A DNA stretch of 64,000 nt. Origin: Convolutriloba macropyga (taxonomy: Eukaryota). The position numbers and the translations under genes are program-made. Under the pieces are notes generated by a model. That model was not told the DNA's origin. It ran no database searches and worked only from the letters and a program-made list of their open reading frames with translations. The DNA is taken from NCBI RefSeq assembly GCF_964194025.1, contig NC_134479.1:40858001-40922000 (forward strand), given 5' to 3'. Position 1 is the stretch's first letter, and every line of letters begins with the position of its first letter. Positions 24,001-41,754 of this stretch are shown in pieces.

Positions 24001-24744
24001 TTCCAAACAAACCAATTTTTTTTACTTTTCAAATGATAACAAATAAGTCTTCTTACAATAGGGTAATGACTGGTTCCAAGTGGGGCCAGGATTTAAGAAA
24101 AAGGGAAATTATAGATGGGCATAATTTACCGGGGAAAAGTAAACAATTCCCATTTCAAGGATCATCCAAGTACCGAAATTGTTGAAAGCGCAACAGGACT
24201 TATATTTTCCCTGGAAAAACTATCAGTTTCTAACAACGTCCCAACTGGTCGAGATACTGTAGATAAAAAGTACTCTAGCGATGAAAAACAATCAAGTTCA
24301 TGGATGTCAGCTCAAAAAAGCGATACGCAAAATAAAGGCCAGATATCAGTCATGATCAGTTATTCTTGGAAACAGAAAGAAACAATTTTGCGACTTCGGA
24401 AGGAGCTTGATGAAATCGGCAAATTTAAAATTTGGATCGACGATGACCATATGCACAAAAGCCGGAACATCCGAGCGGAAATGGCAAACGCTATTGACGG
24501 TGCCGATTTCGTAATCTGCTGTTATTCTAAAGCCTATGCTGAAAGCGAGAACTGCATGACTGAGTTTAACTATTCATGTGACTTCAAAAAGAATATGGTG
24601 TTCGTAAGAGTGGAAACGTCGGAATCCGACTATAAACCTCGTGGAAACCTCGGAGCTGTTGTTGCAGGAAAATTTTACTTTGATCTTGCAACGCCTGAAA
24701 ACTTTGATCAGAATTTCCCGAAGCTTGTCGAGCGTCTCGGTTAG
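16615..24744 (+). CDS. ARM-repeat + C-terminal TIR domain protein (SARM1-like architecture without visible SAM); exons ~16615/16652-17254, 22696-~23080, ~24160-24744
   Basis: ARM-like helices (IIGLLWNLCD, YLGVMFNL, FLSRLAVN, ALRLLWRISF). Phase-0 donor gttagt at 17255 fits phase-0 acceptor tttag at 22695. The last exon is a TIR. The 5' end and the exon2-exon3 junction are uncertain. Confidence 0.7.
18027..18060. repeat. (AG)17 microsatellite, i.e. the (CT)n tail of the LINE
   Basis: Seen directly. Confidence 0.95.
18101..20177 (-). pseudogene. LINE ORF2 reverse transcriptase (fragmented)
   Basis: Split over ORFs 19434-20177, ~19145-19440, 18422-19144 and 18101-18376. Confidence 0.88.
20620..21171 (-). 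pseudogene. LINE ORF1, SGNH/GDSL esterase-like
   Basis: LLIGDSH (block I), PGA (II), IGGND (III), and DNVHL (DxxH, block V) at ~20680-20698 beyond the ORF's stop. Confidence 0.75.
24160..24744 (+). CDS. Terminal exon encoding a TIR (TIR_2-like) domain
   Basis: VMISYSW, KIWIDD, MANAIDGADFVICCYSKAYAESENCMTEF, YKPRGNLG, YFD motifs. Confidence 0.88.
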   Translation, partial: DHPSTEIVESATGLIFSLEKLSVSNNVPTGRDTVDKKYSSDEKQSSSWMSAQKSDTQNKGQISVMISYSWKQKETILRLRKELDEIGKFKIWIDDDHMHKSRNIRAEMANAIDGADFVICCYSKAYAESENCMTEFNYSCDFKKNMVFVRVETSESDYKPRGNLGAVVAGKFYFDLATPENFDQNFPKLVERLG

Positions 24745-24862
24745 ATTATCACGGAAGCATTAATGGAAACAAAAAAGAGTTTTTCCCGTTATAGCCCCAG
24801 CGTGCAATTTATACCTCTCAGTTAACGTAAATGTACTATAATAGTTGCGCGTATGCCTGTGA

Positions 24863-24900
24863 TGTGTGTGTGTGTGTGTGTGTGTGGGGGGGGGGGGGGG
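24863..24900. repeat. (TG)n microsatellite plus poly-G
   Basis: Seen directly. Confidence 0.9.
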
Positions 24901-26176
24901 TAGGGGTTGGTAGAATTTTGCTGCGGGCTATATCATTCATATGAGGCAAATAATTATATTAATATCAACAAATTTAACAAAATCAAACTTTTGAAAGGCA
25001 ATATTACACAATAACAGCCTGCCTTTCAAAGGCACTTTCGGCAGCATTCCGACTTTTGTTTACCATAAATTTTATATGGATTGACTGGAAATAAAAAATT
25101 CAATTGTTGAAAATTCTAGATGTAGAATTTTGTATTTTTGTCGTTAGAAGGCTTCTAGCTGGGGACTGGCTAGCGTCCAAAACTCTATCAAAATTCCAAA
25201 AGATTTGTTTGGTGGTTCCTCTTGTTGTAGGGAGTGTACCGTGTTGTCCACAAAAAATGTTGCTCTATCGGCTGCTTGAAAACTTCACTCTGGATAATTG
25301 AATTAATAATCAAAATATGTAATACCAGCAACAAGTAATGTTATAGCCAGAGACAATTAATTGAGTGAATTCAACAATCAAAAGGAATTTTTCTATCAAA
25401 ACTAATTAATGGTCCACACCAAATCAAACCAATTCAATCACTCTCTCCGCAAGTAACCACAAATCCGTTACTTCGTTTCCTATCCGTGATAACTAAAATA
25501 AGTTCTGCCTCCCAGTAGCTATGTTACTGGCCAAAAACTTATAATATTCCCAGCCAGCAATTTTGAATAACTTTGCAGTTTCACTCACTGCAACTGCTAA
25601 ACTATGTTCTTTCGCAAAGAACTCGCTAAACAACTAAAATTTTATCACTCTGAGAATCAACTGCTCCACTCGAGCTTTCTCTCTCACGTTTTGACTGACA
25701 AACTGCTGTTTCTCAGCCTCGTAAGTCTTTCTCTCAGACTCGCTCTCTCGCGTCTGATGGTTTTTCTTGTTCTTAAGGGTACTCAACCTTATCAGTTTTT
25801 ATCAGTAAAACGTAACGTGTCGTTCCTTTTCGAACAATTTGACCTAACGTATAAGTATATTAGTGAGCGTAGAGGTGTGGTCACGCGCTGCAGTTTATCT
25901 TATATAAATGTTTGCCTAATATGACCGGAAAGTTGTGAACAACTCGCTTTCATAAGTTCAAGATGCAACAAAACTTATGTTTCATGTTCAACAGTTCTTA
26001 TACAAGTACATACACTCTGTTTTATCCTTTTTCATGTTGCTAAAACTTGCCTGATTTAACCCAAGAATACGTTTGCTCCCCTATGGTTCTGAGAATATTG
26101 TGTTTTAATGATCTGGCAGTTATTTAAAAATCAGGGAAAACATAGTTCTTTCTGCCTTTTTCTTTGTTTTCTTTAA

Positions 26177-29100
26177 AGGCCAAAAAGGCGGTTTCGGGTA
26201 CCGGAAAAAGCCCGTTGTTTTTTTCAATGTGCAAGGAATTGTCCGAGGAGTGATCAGTTAAAATTTCATGGTGATCGGACTTGAGGAAGTAGGGTTTTCA
26301 GGACTTGCGGGGGGGGGGTCGCAAAAATAAGGACGCTTGTTTTTGTAACTTTGGAGTTTCTCTCTATCAGAAATTCCTTCAAACAGCCATTGGGCTCTTT
26401 TGGACTTATCAATCTATTTTCTAGAACACTTCAGGGCAATAATTAGTCCCATCTCATACATTGAACTCACTTCATAACTCGTTTTTTCCACCAAAAATTC
26501 TCTTTTGCAAATGTTTAGACCTTTTGAACCTCTAATACTTTAGTTACCGCTTTTCCTTGACAACAATGATTTCCTACAATGTGTAATTACCAAACCGATA
26601 GTAGTGTAACTTTTTCCGAGCTCTGATTCTAACTAGACACTATGATTTAACCGAAAATCCCCCGCTACATGCGACCTGACTGACAAAATTTGGATATAAG
26701 AACTCCAACAACTAATTGCAACAATTCCCAAGATCTCTACCAATTTTCTCCTGCAAAAATAAAACACTACTGAAATAATACTCTCACTAGTTCTCCTAAA
26801 ATGGGGTTACCGAGTTTGGATTCAAAACACTATTGCAATAAAAAGCTAACACTTTTTCAAACCGGTTTATTTTCCTTATCATTTCTTCATGCGTGTCCCT
26901 TCAACCATCTTTTTATTTTACTTAATTTTAATATGGATTCAAGCCGTTTGATTTTTGTGCAGAAAAGCCGAACACTTGTTGAATTACACCATAAAAGTAT
27001 CAGTTTTTAACGATTAAAAGTCTCTTTTCTACCATTTGAAAAACAAAATATTGGTAAGTGCTTTTTTTTCACATATAATTTGCTTTGTTTTTTCACAGAG
27101 TATAGTTTGTGACAACAACTTTACCTCTCTGTCTTTAATTGGTCTTCCCCATGCTGTGGGTAACTGTTGGAGGCTAACAAACATGTTTTTCGTTGGAAAA
27201 ATACAATAAATTTGGCCGACAAATTCTTCAAAGCATTCCTTTTGTTTTTCTCCCTTCTTTAGCAGTAATTTTTCCTAATTAACAAACCTATTATATACTT
27301 CCTGAAAACACTAAGCAGTAACCTCAAACTTTTAGTTACTTATAGGTAATAAATACTTGCATTTATCATACCAAAATGGCTATTAGAGGATGCATTTTTG
27401 GGATTTCGGGGAATTTATTTATTAAATTATCATTGCTTTTACCAAGCCCTTCCATACTTTTTTTTGGTATATTCGTACTTGGTTTCTTCCGTTTAATGAC
27501 CTTGGAGTTTGATTCTGACTATTTCTGACAACTTGATCGCTTTGCAAATCTAATCTCCCTTTTGTTTACATAAGATTTCACACCAACCTAAATCGCTCAA
27601 GTCCGCTCCTTTTGTTTACTTATCAAATACGCTCAAGATAAACTTCGAAACTTTGCAAATTAAGTACTATTTGGAAAGCTAAGTCTCTCTCTCAACTAGG
27701 GGTTAAGGACCCATCATTTATATCAATTCCACACTAGAAAATGAAAATACTTCCGGAAAAAATGCAGTTAGATCATAGCCAGTTTTCCGTAATGAAGCAG
27801 TAAACTCAGCCTCACATAAACTCTGTTCATCTCGGCCATAAATCTTGTTATGATCATGTTTCTCCAATAAAAAAATCGACTATTGTCTATAGGAATACAT
27901 CCTCGTGAACAACTTAAAATAATGTATATTGGAACATTATTAACAGGCCGAACCTCTGCAGCGCCAGATATATTTTTATATAAAATTGACTTTGCGAAAT
28001 TACGTGATACGTGCCAAAGATACGTGACTTTGCAAAATTAATAGTGAAATTTTAGCTACGCGGATCCGGAGAAACGCCACAAAATTTCAATGATTTCTAG
28101 CAGAGTCACATAGCTTGTAATTTGTTGCATGTTTTTACATGTATATGAAATGCATGTGCAAGCTAGATATGCCGATTCTTCTCAGCTCCAAGACTTAAAC
28201 ACGGCATATTCTTGTTTCAAGCAATGTACGAGACGCTGCTCAAGTAAGTTTGAAAAAGTGACTTGATTCACAAACATTTACGTGGCTCTTATTTACTGAC
28301 AGACTTTCTCAGTGACTTCAGTGAAGTCACGTAACCTATACATATAAATCGTATAATTTTTGCAGTGTTTTAGTTTCTATTTACTTGCAATACTTCAATT
28401 TACTCCATTTAATTGCAATAAGTTGCAAAAATTTTGTTAATATATTTAAAAATATCATCGCACTAAATTTGAAGGAGATATCTAACTAAACTCATGAAAC
28501 ATTACTCCAGAATCGAATTTTTTGATTAATTTTAACACACTCAACTAAAACTGCTTCATTAGAAGCTTACGTTATTGTTGAAAATTACTAATTTTATAAA
28601 TTGGATTCAGCCTTAGGAAATTTTTGGCTTTTCAATGTAGGAAATTTTGGAGTAACAAATTATAAATTCATGCAGTGCGTAATACTTATGCTTTAACGTT
28701 TTCTTTCTGAGATTTTTTTTACAGATGCATGAGATGCTCATATCTTCAAATTATTAACATTTTACGCTTTAACCGCACATAGCAATTTATAGATTCCGTA
28801 TGTACTTTTTTTCTTTTTACTGCATTACCTTATAATTAAAATGGGATAAGCAAACATTTTTAGGGCGGAGAGCTATAATAATTCTGGCAGCATGGCTGGC
28901 CAAAAAATTTCCATTTATTTGTTTCTCATTTCCATCATTCTAGAATGTTCACTACATACGGCTAACACCTCATAGCTTCATGAGCATTAAATGTGCGTAT
29001 TTTGTCATTTTTCACTGAAACAAGAATGGTCACTTATTTTTGAAGTGCTAGGTCAGATTCGAATATACACTTGTTTATATCTCTGTTTTGAAAATCCACT

Positions 29101-31481
29101 AAACTTGAACCGAATTATTGGATGAAATGAAAAAAAATACTAACAAAAAAACAACTGTTGTGATATTTGAAAACATTCCTTTGTCGAAAGATTTTGAACC
29201 CAAATATTTATTTACCCAGAATAATTAATTAATTGCTCTCAATTGAAGTTTGTCGCAATTGTTGTCGTTTAGTTTTATTCATGCGATTTACACTTATTTT
29301 TTGTCCCAAAAAATGGATCAAAAGATAACGAGATAAGGTCCGGAGGGCATTAAATCGATGAGCAGATCTCTCGGCGCCTTACGAGTCTCCGATTCAACAA
29401 AACTTCTTTGAATGGTGGTTCTTAACGTTAAAAGTTTTATTTGGAGGCGTCTTTACGCTTGACCCTCTATCACTCTATCAGTTTGGCACCATCCCCCCCT
29501 CCCCCCAGTCTCTCCCGTCCAACCTCTCAATCGCCTCCACCTGGTGATTTGCACTTTCCTCTCGTCCAGACCTCTCAAACTGTTCATCTCGGCCATAAAC
29601 GTTGTTATGATCATGTTTCTCCAATAAAAAAATCGACTATTGTCTATAGGAATACATCCTCGTGAACAACTTAAAATAATGTATATTGGAACATTATTAA
29701 CAGGCCGAACCTCTGCGGCGCCAGATATATTTTTATATAAACTTGACTTTGCAAAATTACGTGATACGTGCCAAAGATACGTGACTTTGCAAAATTAATA
29801 GTGAAATTTTAGCTACGCGGATCCGGAGAAACGCCGCAAAATTTCAATGATTTCTAGCAGAGTCACATAGCTTGTAAATTGTTGCATGTTTTTACATGTA
29901 TATGAAATGCATGTGCAGGCTAGATATGACGATTCTTCTCAGCTCCAAGACTTAAACACGGCATATTCTTGTTTCAAGCAAAGTACGAGACGCTGCTCAA
30001 GTAAGTTTGAAAAAGTGACTTGATTCACAAACATTTACGTGGCTCTTGTTTACTGACAGACTTTCTCAGTGACTTCAGTGAAGTCACGTAACCTATACAT
30101 ATAAACCGTATATTTTTTGCAGTGTTTTAGTTTCTATTTACTTGCAATACTTCAATTTACTCCATTTAATTGCAATAAGTTGCAAAAATTTTGTTAATAT
30201 ATTTAAAAATATCATCGCACTAAATTTGAAGGAGATATCTAACTAAACTCATGAAACATTACTCCAGAATCGAATTTTTTGATTAATTTTAACACACTCA
30301 ACTAAAACTGCTTCATTAGAAGCTTACTTTATTGTTGAAAATTACTAGTTTTATAAATTGGATTCAGCCTTGGAAAATTTTTGGCTTTTCAATGGAAGAA
30401 ATTTTGGAGTAACAAAATATAAATTCATGCAGTGCGTAATACTTATGCTTTAACGTTTTCTTTCTGAGATTTTTTTTACAGATGCATGAGATGCTCATAT
30501 CTTCAAATTATTAACATTTTACGCTTTAACCGCACATAGCAATTTATAGATTCCGTATGTACTTTTTTCTTTTTACTGCATTACCTTATATTTAAAATGG
30601 GATAAGCAAACATTTTTAGGGCGGAGAGCTATAATAATTCTGGCAGCATGGCTGGCCGAATAATTTCCATTTATTTATTTCTCATTTCCGTAATTCTAGA
30701 ATGTTCAATACATACGGCTAACACCTCATAGCTTCATGAGCATTAAATGTGCGTATTTTGTCATTTTTCACTGAAACAAGAATGGTCACTTATTTTTGAA
30801 GTGCTACATCAGATTCGAATATATACTTGTTTACATCTCCGTTTTGAAAATCCACTAAACTTGAACCGAATTATTGGATGAAATGAAATAAAAATACTAA
30901 CAAAAAAACAACTGTTGTGATATTTGAAAACATTCCTTTGTCGAAAGATTTTGAACCCAAATATTCTTTTACCCAGAATAATTAATTAATTGCTCTCAAT
31001 TGAAGTTTGTCGCAATTGTTGTCGTTTAGTTTTATTCATGCGATTTACACTTATTTTTTGTCCCAAAAAATGGATCAAAAGATAACGAGATAACGTCCGG
31101 AGGGCATTAAATCGATGAGCAGATCTCTCAGCGCCTTACGAGTCTCCGATTCAACAAAACTTCTTTGAATGGCGGTTCTTAACGTTAAAAGTTTCATTTG
31201 GAGGCGTCTTTACGCTTGACCCTCTATCACTATCAGTTTGGCACCATCCCCCCCTCCCCCCAGTCTCTCCCGTCCAACCTCTCAATCGCCTCCACCTGGT
31301 GATTTGCACTTTCCTCTCGTCCAGACCTCTCAAACTTACCTCCCCAATCGCTTGACTACCCCCCCCCCCCACTAATGCTAGCATCCCTAAGCCCCTGCTG
31401 ACTACTACTGAAGCAAAGCGCTCGTTTGAAAGCAATTCTTTAGCTTTTGGATTACTCGGAACTCCGAATAAATTGTTTCCT
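26177..31481. mobile_element. Possible Kolobok-like non-autonomous element (TTAA|AGG...CCT|TTAA)
   Basis: TTAA on both sides of AGG/CCT termini, with weakly similar inverted ends. Only loosely supported. Confidence 0.25.
27823..31335. repeat. Direct tandem duplication, unit ~1756 bp (27823-29580 / 29581-31335)
   Basis: Near-identical sequence at offset 1755-1757 with scattered substitutions. Confidence 0.95.
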
Positions 31482-32726
31482 TTAAAATGACATTTAAATC
31501 TCAAAAACGTATTGCAAAGTTGAGGCACACAAGTTTGATATGAGTTTTTACCTTCTTTTGTCTACACTGCCGTTTTTCTCTTGAAAGTTTCAAAATAGAG
31601 TATTACTCCTTTCTATCGTGACCACGATATTATTGGAAATAACTATTATTTCATTGCTTCTTTTTGCTCGCCAAAATTTTTCCCGAGTACAAAGAGGATA
31701 TCTGCTTGGAACGCAATTGTTAGAGCTGCCCATTTTAAGTTAAAGAGCGTCAACTAAGCATAAGAATTAAATTTCAAACAAACCGACTGGGATGAATTGC
31801 ACTCGAATAACAGACGGGGCAATCTTTTATGGGTGCAACCCCCCCCCCCCCCCCCCCCACACCCTTAAGGGGGTTTGAGCCCCAGACCTCCCGGATGCCA
31901 CTCCAACAATAACTTAACCAAAGCTACACAGGCGTTGCTTCTTTCGCTCACAATTGCCTCACATCAGCAACAAAATCAGGGAGAAAACAACTTAGATCGC
32001 TCAAAAAATAAGAACTGAAGCGTGAAAAATTTAGTCGAGACGTCAAAGAATGTTCTATAATAAAGGCACAAAAAGAGTCGAGCAAAAATTTGGCATTAGT
32101 AAAAGACACACCAGTGTACAATAATTGCTTCAAACTTTGTTTAAGAGCAATTTTTTAAAATGCATTTAAATGCATGTGACCAGAATAAAAATTTCCAAGA
32201 GTCATTAAGTGTGTACTAGTTTGCTTTTGACTGATGCCTTTATGGCTATTGCAAGCATCGAAGAACTTCTGAAAAGTATATATTAATTTTGCTAATTTCA
32301 AAGACGTTGGCGTTTTTCGTTCTGAAACCAGCGAAGATCAATTCAATTTCTGTAGCATAGTCTGTTATTACATTCCAATTACTTTTAAAATTTATTTAAA
32401 GCCCCGTTGATCTTACGGATTAAGAAAATTGAACTTTCAAATGTTAGGATGAAACATTCAACTTCCGGTATTTATAGCACCTAATTCACAGATTGCCACG
32501 CACTTTCAACAACGCTCACCACGAATTGTTTCAAACCGGGCATCACAAGACAGTCGAGATTAAAATGCATACACAAGTTAAATAGCTAAAATTCTAATTA
32601 CAAAAATTGATGAAAAAACAAGACGCACTAAACAATATACTACTCAACCTATTACCGAGACTTGAAGTTTCACTGAGCATACACAGATTTAGTAAAACTA
32701 CCTTTTTAAAGATTTCAATTAACGCC

Positions 32727-37812
<5,086 letters not shown>

Positions 37813-38244
37813 TCACACTGAAAATTTACAAGTAACCCTACGATGAGAGTAGCAATCGGACAGTAACCAGTGCCCAAAAAAATTTACCAAGAGATATTAA
37901 CTCAAATATTTTTTTACATCAGTAGTATTTTGAAATATGCTTAACACACGTAATGCAATTTTTACAAATCTCCACTAATAATCTACTTCGGTATCATAAA
38001 ACCAGTAAACAAATTTAGAAAATGTTAATCGACAGTTTAGAGCTATTGAGTTTTATCAAAAGGCAGAATTGATCTCGGCGAGCTGCTCCATCATAATAAC
38101 ATATACACTATATCATTATCACTTTTTATGATGCTGGTGATAATAATCAGATTTAAAGTTTTGCTACAAATTTTGATATGACAACAATATAGCAACATAA
38201 AGAGGAGTTAGAGCGTTGTGAGATTGTCAAATAGGTTCGAGGAG

Positions 38245-41200
38245 CTATTTTTGATCCTCCATTAGATTGATAGTTTCACGAACGATGTGTTTCACAAGAA
38301 GGTAGGTAACTTTGTTGTCCATGTTAGCAGCGATTGTCACTATGATAGGTGTACTCCAGTCTCCCTTGGGTGCACAGATTAAAAGGTATGAACACATACC
38401 TGTAGTGGCTCCACTGTGACCCACCATTACTGTACCTAAAAATGTAAAACCTGTAAAAATTAATACTACTTTACAAATGCAACACTAAAAGTTGCTTACA
38501 ATTCTATTTGAGAACTTACACCTAATATGAATTTAATAAATTTAGCCTAACTAGAAGAAAGTTGGTTGAAAGAACTTGGACAAGAGTATGGCTAATATAT
38601 GCAAAAGCATCCTATAGAGTTCAACTCTTTTTTGGCAATTTAAATGGCATAAATGCGCCGCCCATATATTATCAGCAGATTTGGATCCATTAATTAGTAA
38701 GCATATTATGGTAATATAATATACATATTTAAAATCCTTATAATGATGTACATTAATTGCGTGATGCTAAATATACTAATCATCAAAAGCAAGTTAGCAC
38801 CCCCTAGTTTTATGAAGTAAAAATTAAAATTTTGAGACAATAATTTTTCAACCTGAAATCAAATTTAGAAAACAAAATTTACGCCATTATTCACCAAAAG
38901 AAGTGGTCTTGTCTACCTATGAAATTCAGATAGTTTGCTATGATAACTTAACATAAACCCCGAAGTAAAGTTGAACTCGATCCAAAATTCACAGAAAAGG
39001 GAAAGTTGCCACAAGATGTGATACGTTTTCAGGTTAGTTCAACTATGGCTATGTTTGGACTTGTGTTCATGAGAGAGAGAGAAAAGATGCGAATAAATTT
39101 TGATCTCTTGACAACTTTTTCTACTGTAAAAATTGGATGGAGTTCATCAAGTTTACATTTTGGTAGCTAATTAATTATTATTGCATATTATCTGAACTTC
39201 ATATACACGCAAGACCACTAGCGTAGAGAAACAATTGTTTTCAAAATGTGATTTTGAGTTAGAGCAATATTGCCTCAAAAATTTTTACTTCATAAAACTA
39301 GGGGGGGTTCTAATCTGATGTTTAGAATATTAACTGTAATAGTCTCGTTACCAAGACAAATGTAAAACGGGCATCAATTTGCTCACATTTGCCAATGAAA
39401 ACAAATATTTTGTTAAGATATTAGTGTTTGAGAAACAGGCCTCACCTGCGGGAAAACTGGGATCCTCTTCGTAGACTCCAAACCCAAGAGAGTACTTCAC
39501 ATTTGGGCGCCCAGGCACTGGAACCTCTTTACCCTTAGGTGGTCTCAAAATCTGATCGAAAACTTCCTCCTTCACACCTGACATTTTTTTTGTCCCCGCA
39601 AACTGATCAGCTAATAAAGTACCCAATCGGCAAAGATCGGATAAAGTCGACAGCATGCCACCGCCGGCAGTTTTATGCATTATGGTAATTTCTGGCGCTA
39701 AAGTCAAAGACACAGTTTTAGTATTGAACAAGTAGCACGGCAATCTGTTGAGAACTATCTCTCGTGACTTGGGAGTTGGCTCAGGCATCGTATGATTCAT
39801 GCCCAATTGACGCACAAAGTCATGAATGTACTCGTGGAAAGGCTTGTCAATAACTTTTTCCAGAACCGCACTCAGAAGGACAACGGCATACGTTGAGTAG
39901 TGAAACTTAGAGCCTGGTTTATGGAGAAGGTCATCGTCTGAAGCAATGAAATGCACGTGATGAAAATACTCAAAATTATTAGCAAATTGTACAATACATC
40001 CTCTCCACTTATTTATTTTTGTGACTGGGCCGTCTTTACACTGTCTGGAGGGGAACAGCTTGGAGTGCAGCATCCGGCTACTAAGTGCTACTCATCATAC
40101 CCTATTTTTCGACCTACATCCATCGATGCCGGATGGTGTACACGGCCCTTTTTTTATTTTTTTAAGAGAAAAAAAACAATACATCTCTCATCATCTCAAC
40201 CAACTTTGATAGATACAACTGCATCACGTTCGAATGGAAGTCAATGTTTTTCTTTGTATAATAATTCCGTTTTCAATAGTAGTAGTAGAATACAATAGGC
40301 TAAATTAGACACATAATAATGAGTAAGTGGAGTACAAAACAGATGCCAGGCATTCTTCCTGCTCAAACTATTACAGAGCTATTCAAAATCAATGATGATT
40401 ATTTACTTGTTCCGCTAATTTAAGGAACTTTTCTTATTCCATATTTTTATTAGCAAACTGTTTAAGTTCACTGTCCATTAAAAGTTTCTCAATATCAAAA
40501 TCACATAGTTTCTCAACTTTCTATCAAACCAACGACACACAATACTGTCCAAGTTGGATGATCAGAAACATATTTGATTCTCTTTGGTATACTTGCACGT
40601 TCTTTAAACCGACCTTTGAAAAATTTGATGGATTCACTTAAAGATACGAATTCGTCATTTCTCTGCGAATTCTTCGCAATTTCAGCAGTTCTTTCTTCAC
40701 CAGTGAGTGTAGAGCCGACCGGCAGATAATCTCTGATTCCAGATGTGTGATTCAACAACTGCCTAATTGTAATGTCTACCTCCCGTCCATCGATTCGTTT
40801 CTTCGGGAAGTCTTTCAGATGCTTGTAAATACTGTCGTCTAAATCTATTTTGCCCTCACTGGCTAGTTTGAGAGTGAGTACACCCGTAATAAGCTTACTG
40901 ATGCTTGCCACTCTGAATACTGACTGTGTAGGGTCGCATGACAAAAGCTGCTCTACGTTACAGTAGCCGAATCCTTTCTCAAACACGGGTTGAGTCCCTA
41001 TTTGCACCTACTCAGAGAAACAATTTGTCATTACTCTTTCATTAATAATTGTCAGATAACGAGTGTCGCAACGGAACGGGCAAAAAGCTCGAGAGGGTTC
41101 TATCAAAATTGCCCAAATTATCAAAATATCCCGTTTGTGAGAAAACGCCAAATCGGCTAGGTGAAAAACCAAGCAAAAAATCGCATGAAAAACTTAACAG

Positions 41201-41754
41201 GGTCCAAATATTTGCCACAAAACTTTGTTTGAGAGCAATTAAATCATATCTCAAATATTCATTACCATAAAATATTCAAACCTTTAACTTTGTCCATCGA
41301 CGTTCATAACTTTAACTTTGTCTATTACGGGCACGAACAAACTCAAAAGCAATTCTTAAACTCTTAGATTCATAGCATATTCTGAACTCACCCGGCAAAT
41401 CATTCCAGGAATTGCGTTTGTCACCCGGTAAAGTTCAATCGTCCTTCTTATATTTTGTTTGTACACCTTAAAAAGCCGCTTTTTATCGCATTTGCTACTC
41501 ATTTTCGGTAAATTTTCCATTCTTTCTATCGAATTTCTCTCCGTCTCAGCATGAACTGACTTTTTCCTCCAAGGCGACAATTGATACAGTCCCATTAAAG
41601 CTAAAGCTGCGCCTGCGATACCAGGCGTTATGATGGGAAACCCTTTTATACGATGACTAATACTGGAAGACCGCTGATAAAATTGTTTATAAGCGGAGAT
41701 AAATCTTGTCGCTCTCTGGAAAAGTTGCCTTGAATATGTTTGCTTGCCGATCAT
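38245..41754 (-). CDS. LACTB: Serine beta-lactamase-like protein (LACTB-like, probably mitochondrial); exons 41754-41392, 41007-40614, 39937-39446, 38435-38245; 479 aa
   Basis: SxxK (ASISK), LLNHTSGIRDY, PGSKFHYST, AGGGMLST, GHSG. Arg/Ser-rich N-terminus with a hydrophobic stretch. Splice phases 0, 1, 1 are all consistent. Confidence 0.88.
38763..39336. mobile_element. Foldback MITE (Tc1/mariner-like ACTG|TA right end) in LACTB intron 3
   Basis: ccccctagttttatgaagtaaaaatt (38799) mirrors aatttttacttcataaaactaggggg (~39280-39305). Arms extend about 250 bp. Confidence 0.8.

Noticed and set aside
24115-24744. Calling the TIR gene SARM1 or a bacterial Thoeris TIR
   Set aside because: No SAM domains are seen, the TIR sequence lacks SARM1-specific motifs, and the context is a spliced eukaryotic gene.
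25000-25930. Possible solo LTR
   Set aside because: No second copy, TSD or clear termini.
38245-41754. Horizontally acquired bacterial beta-lactamase
   Set aside because: It has spliceosomal introns, a targeting-like N-terminus and LACTB-type motifs; this is a normal animal gene family.
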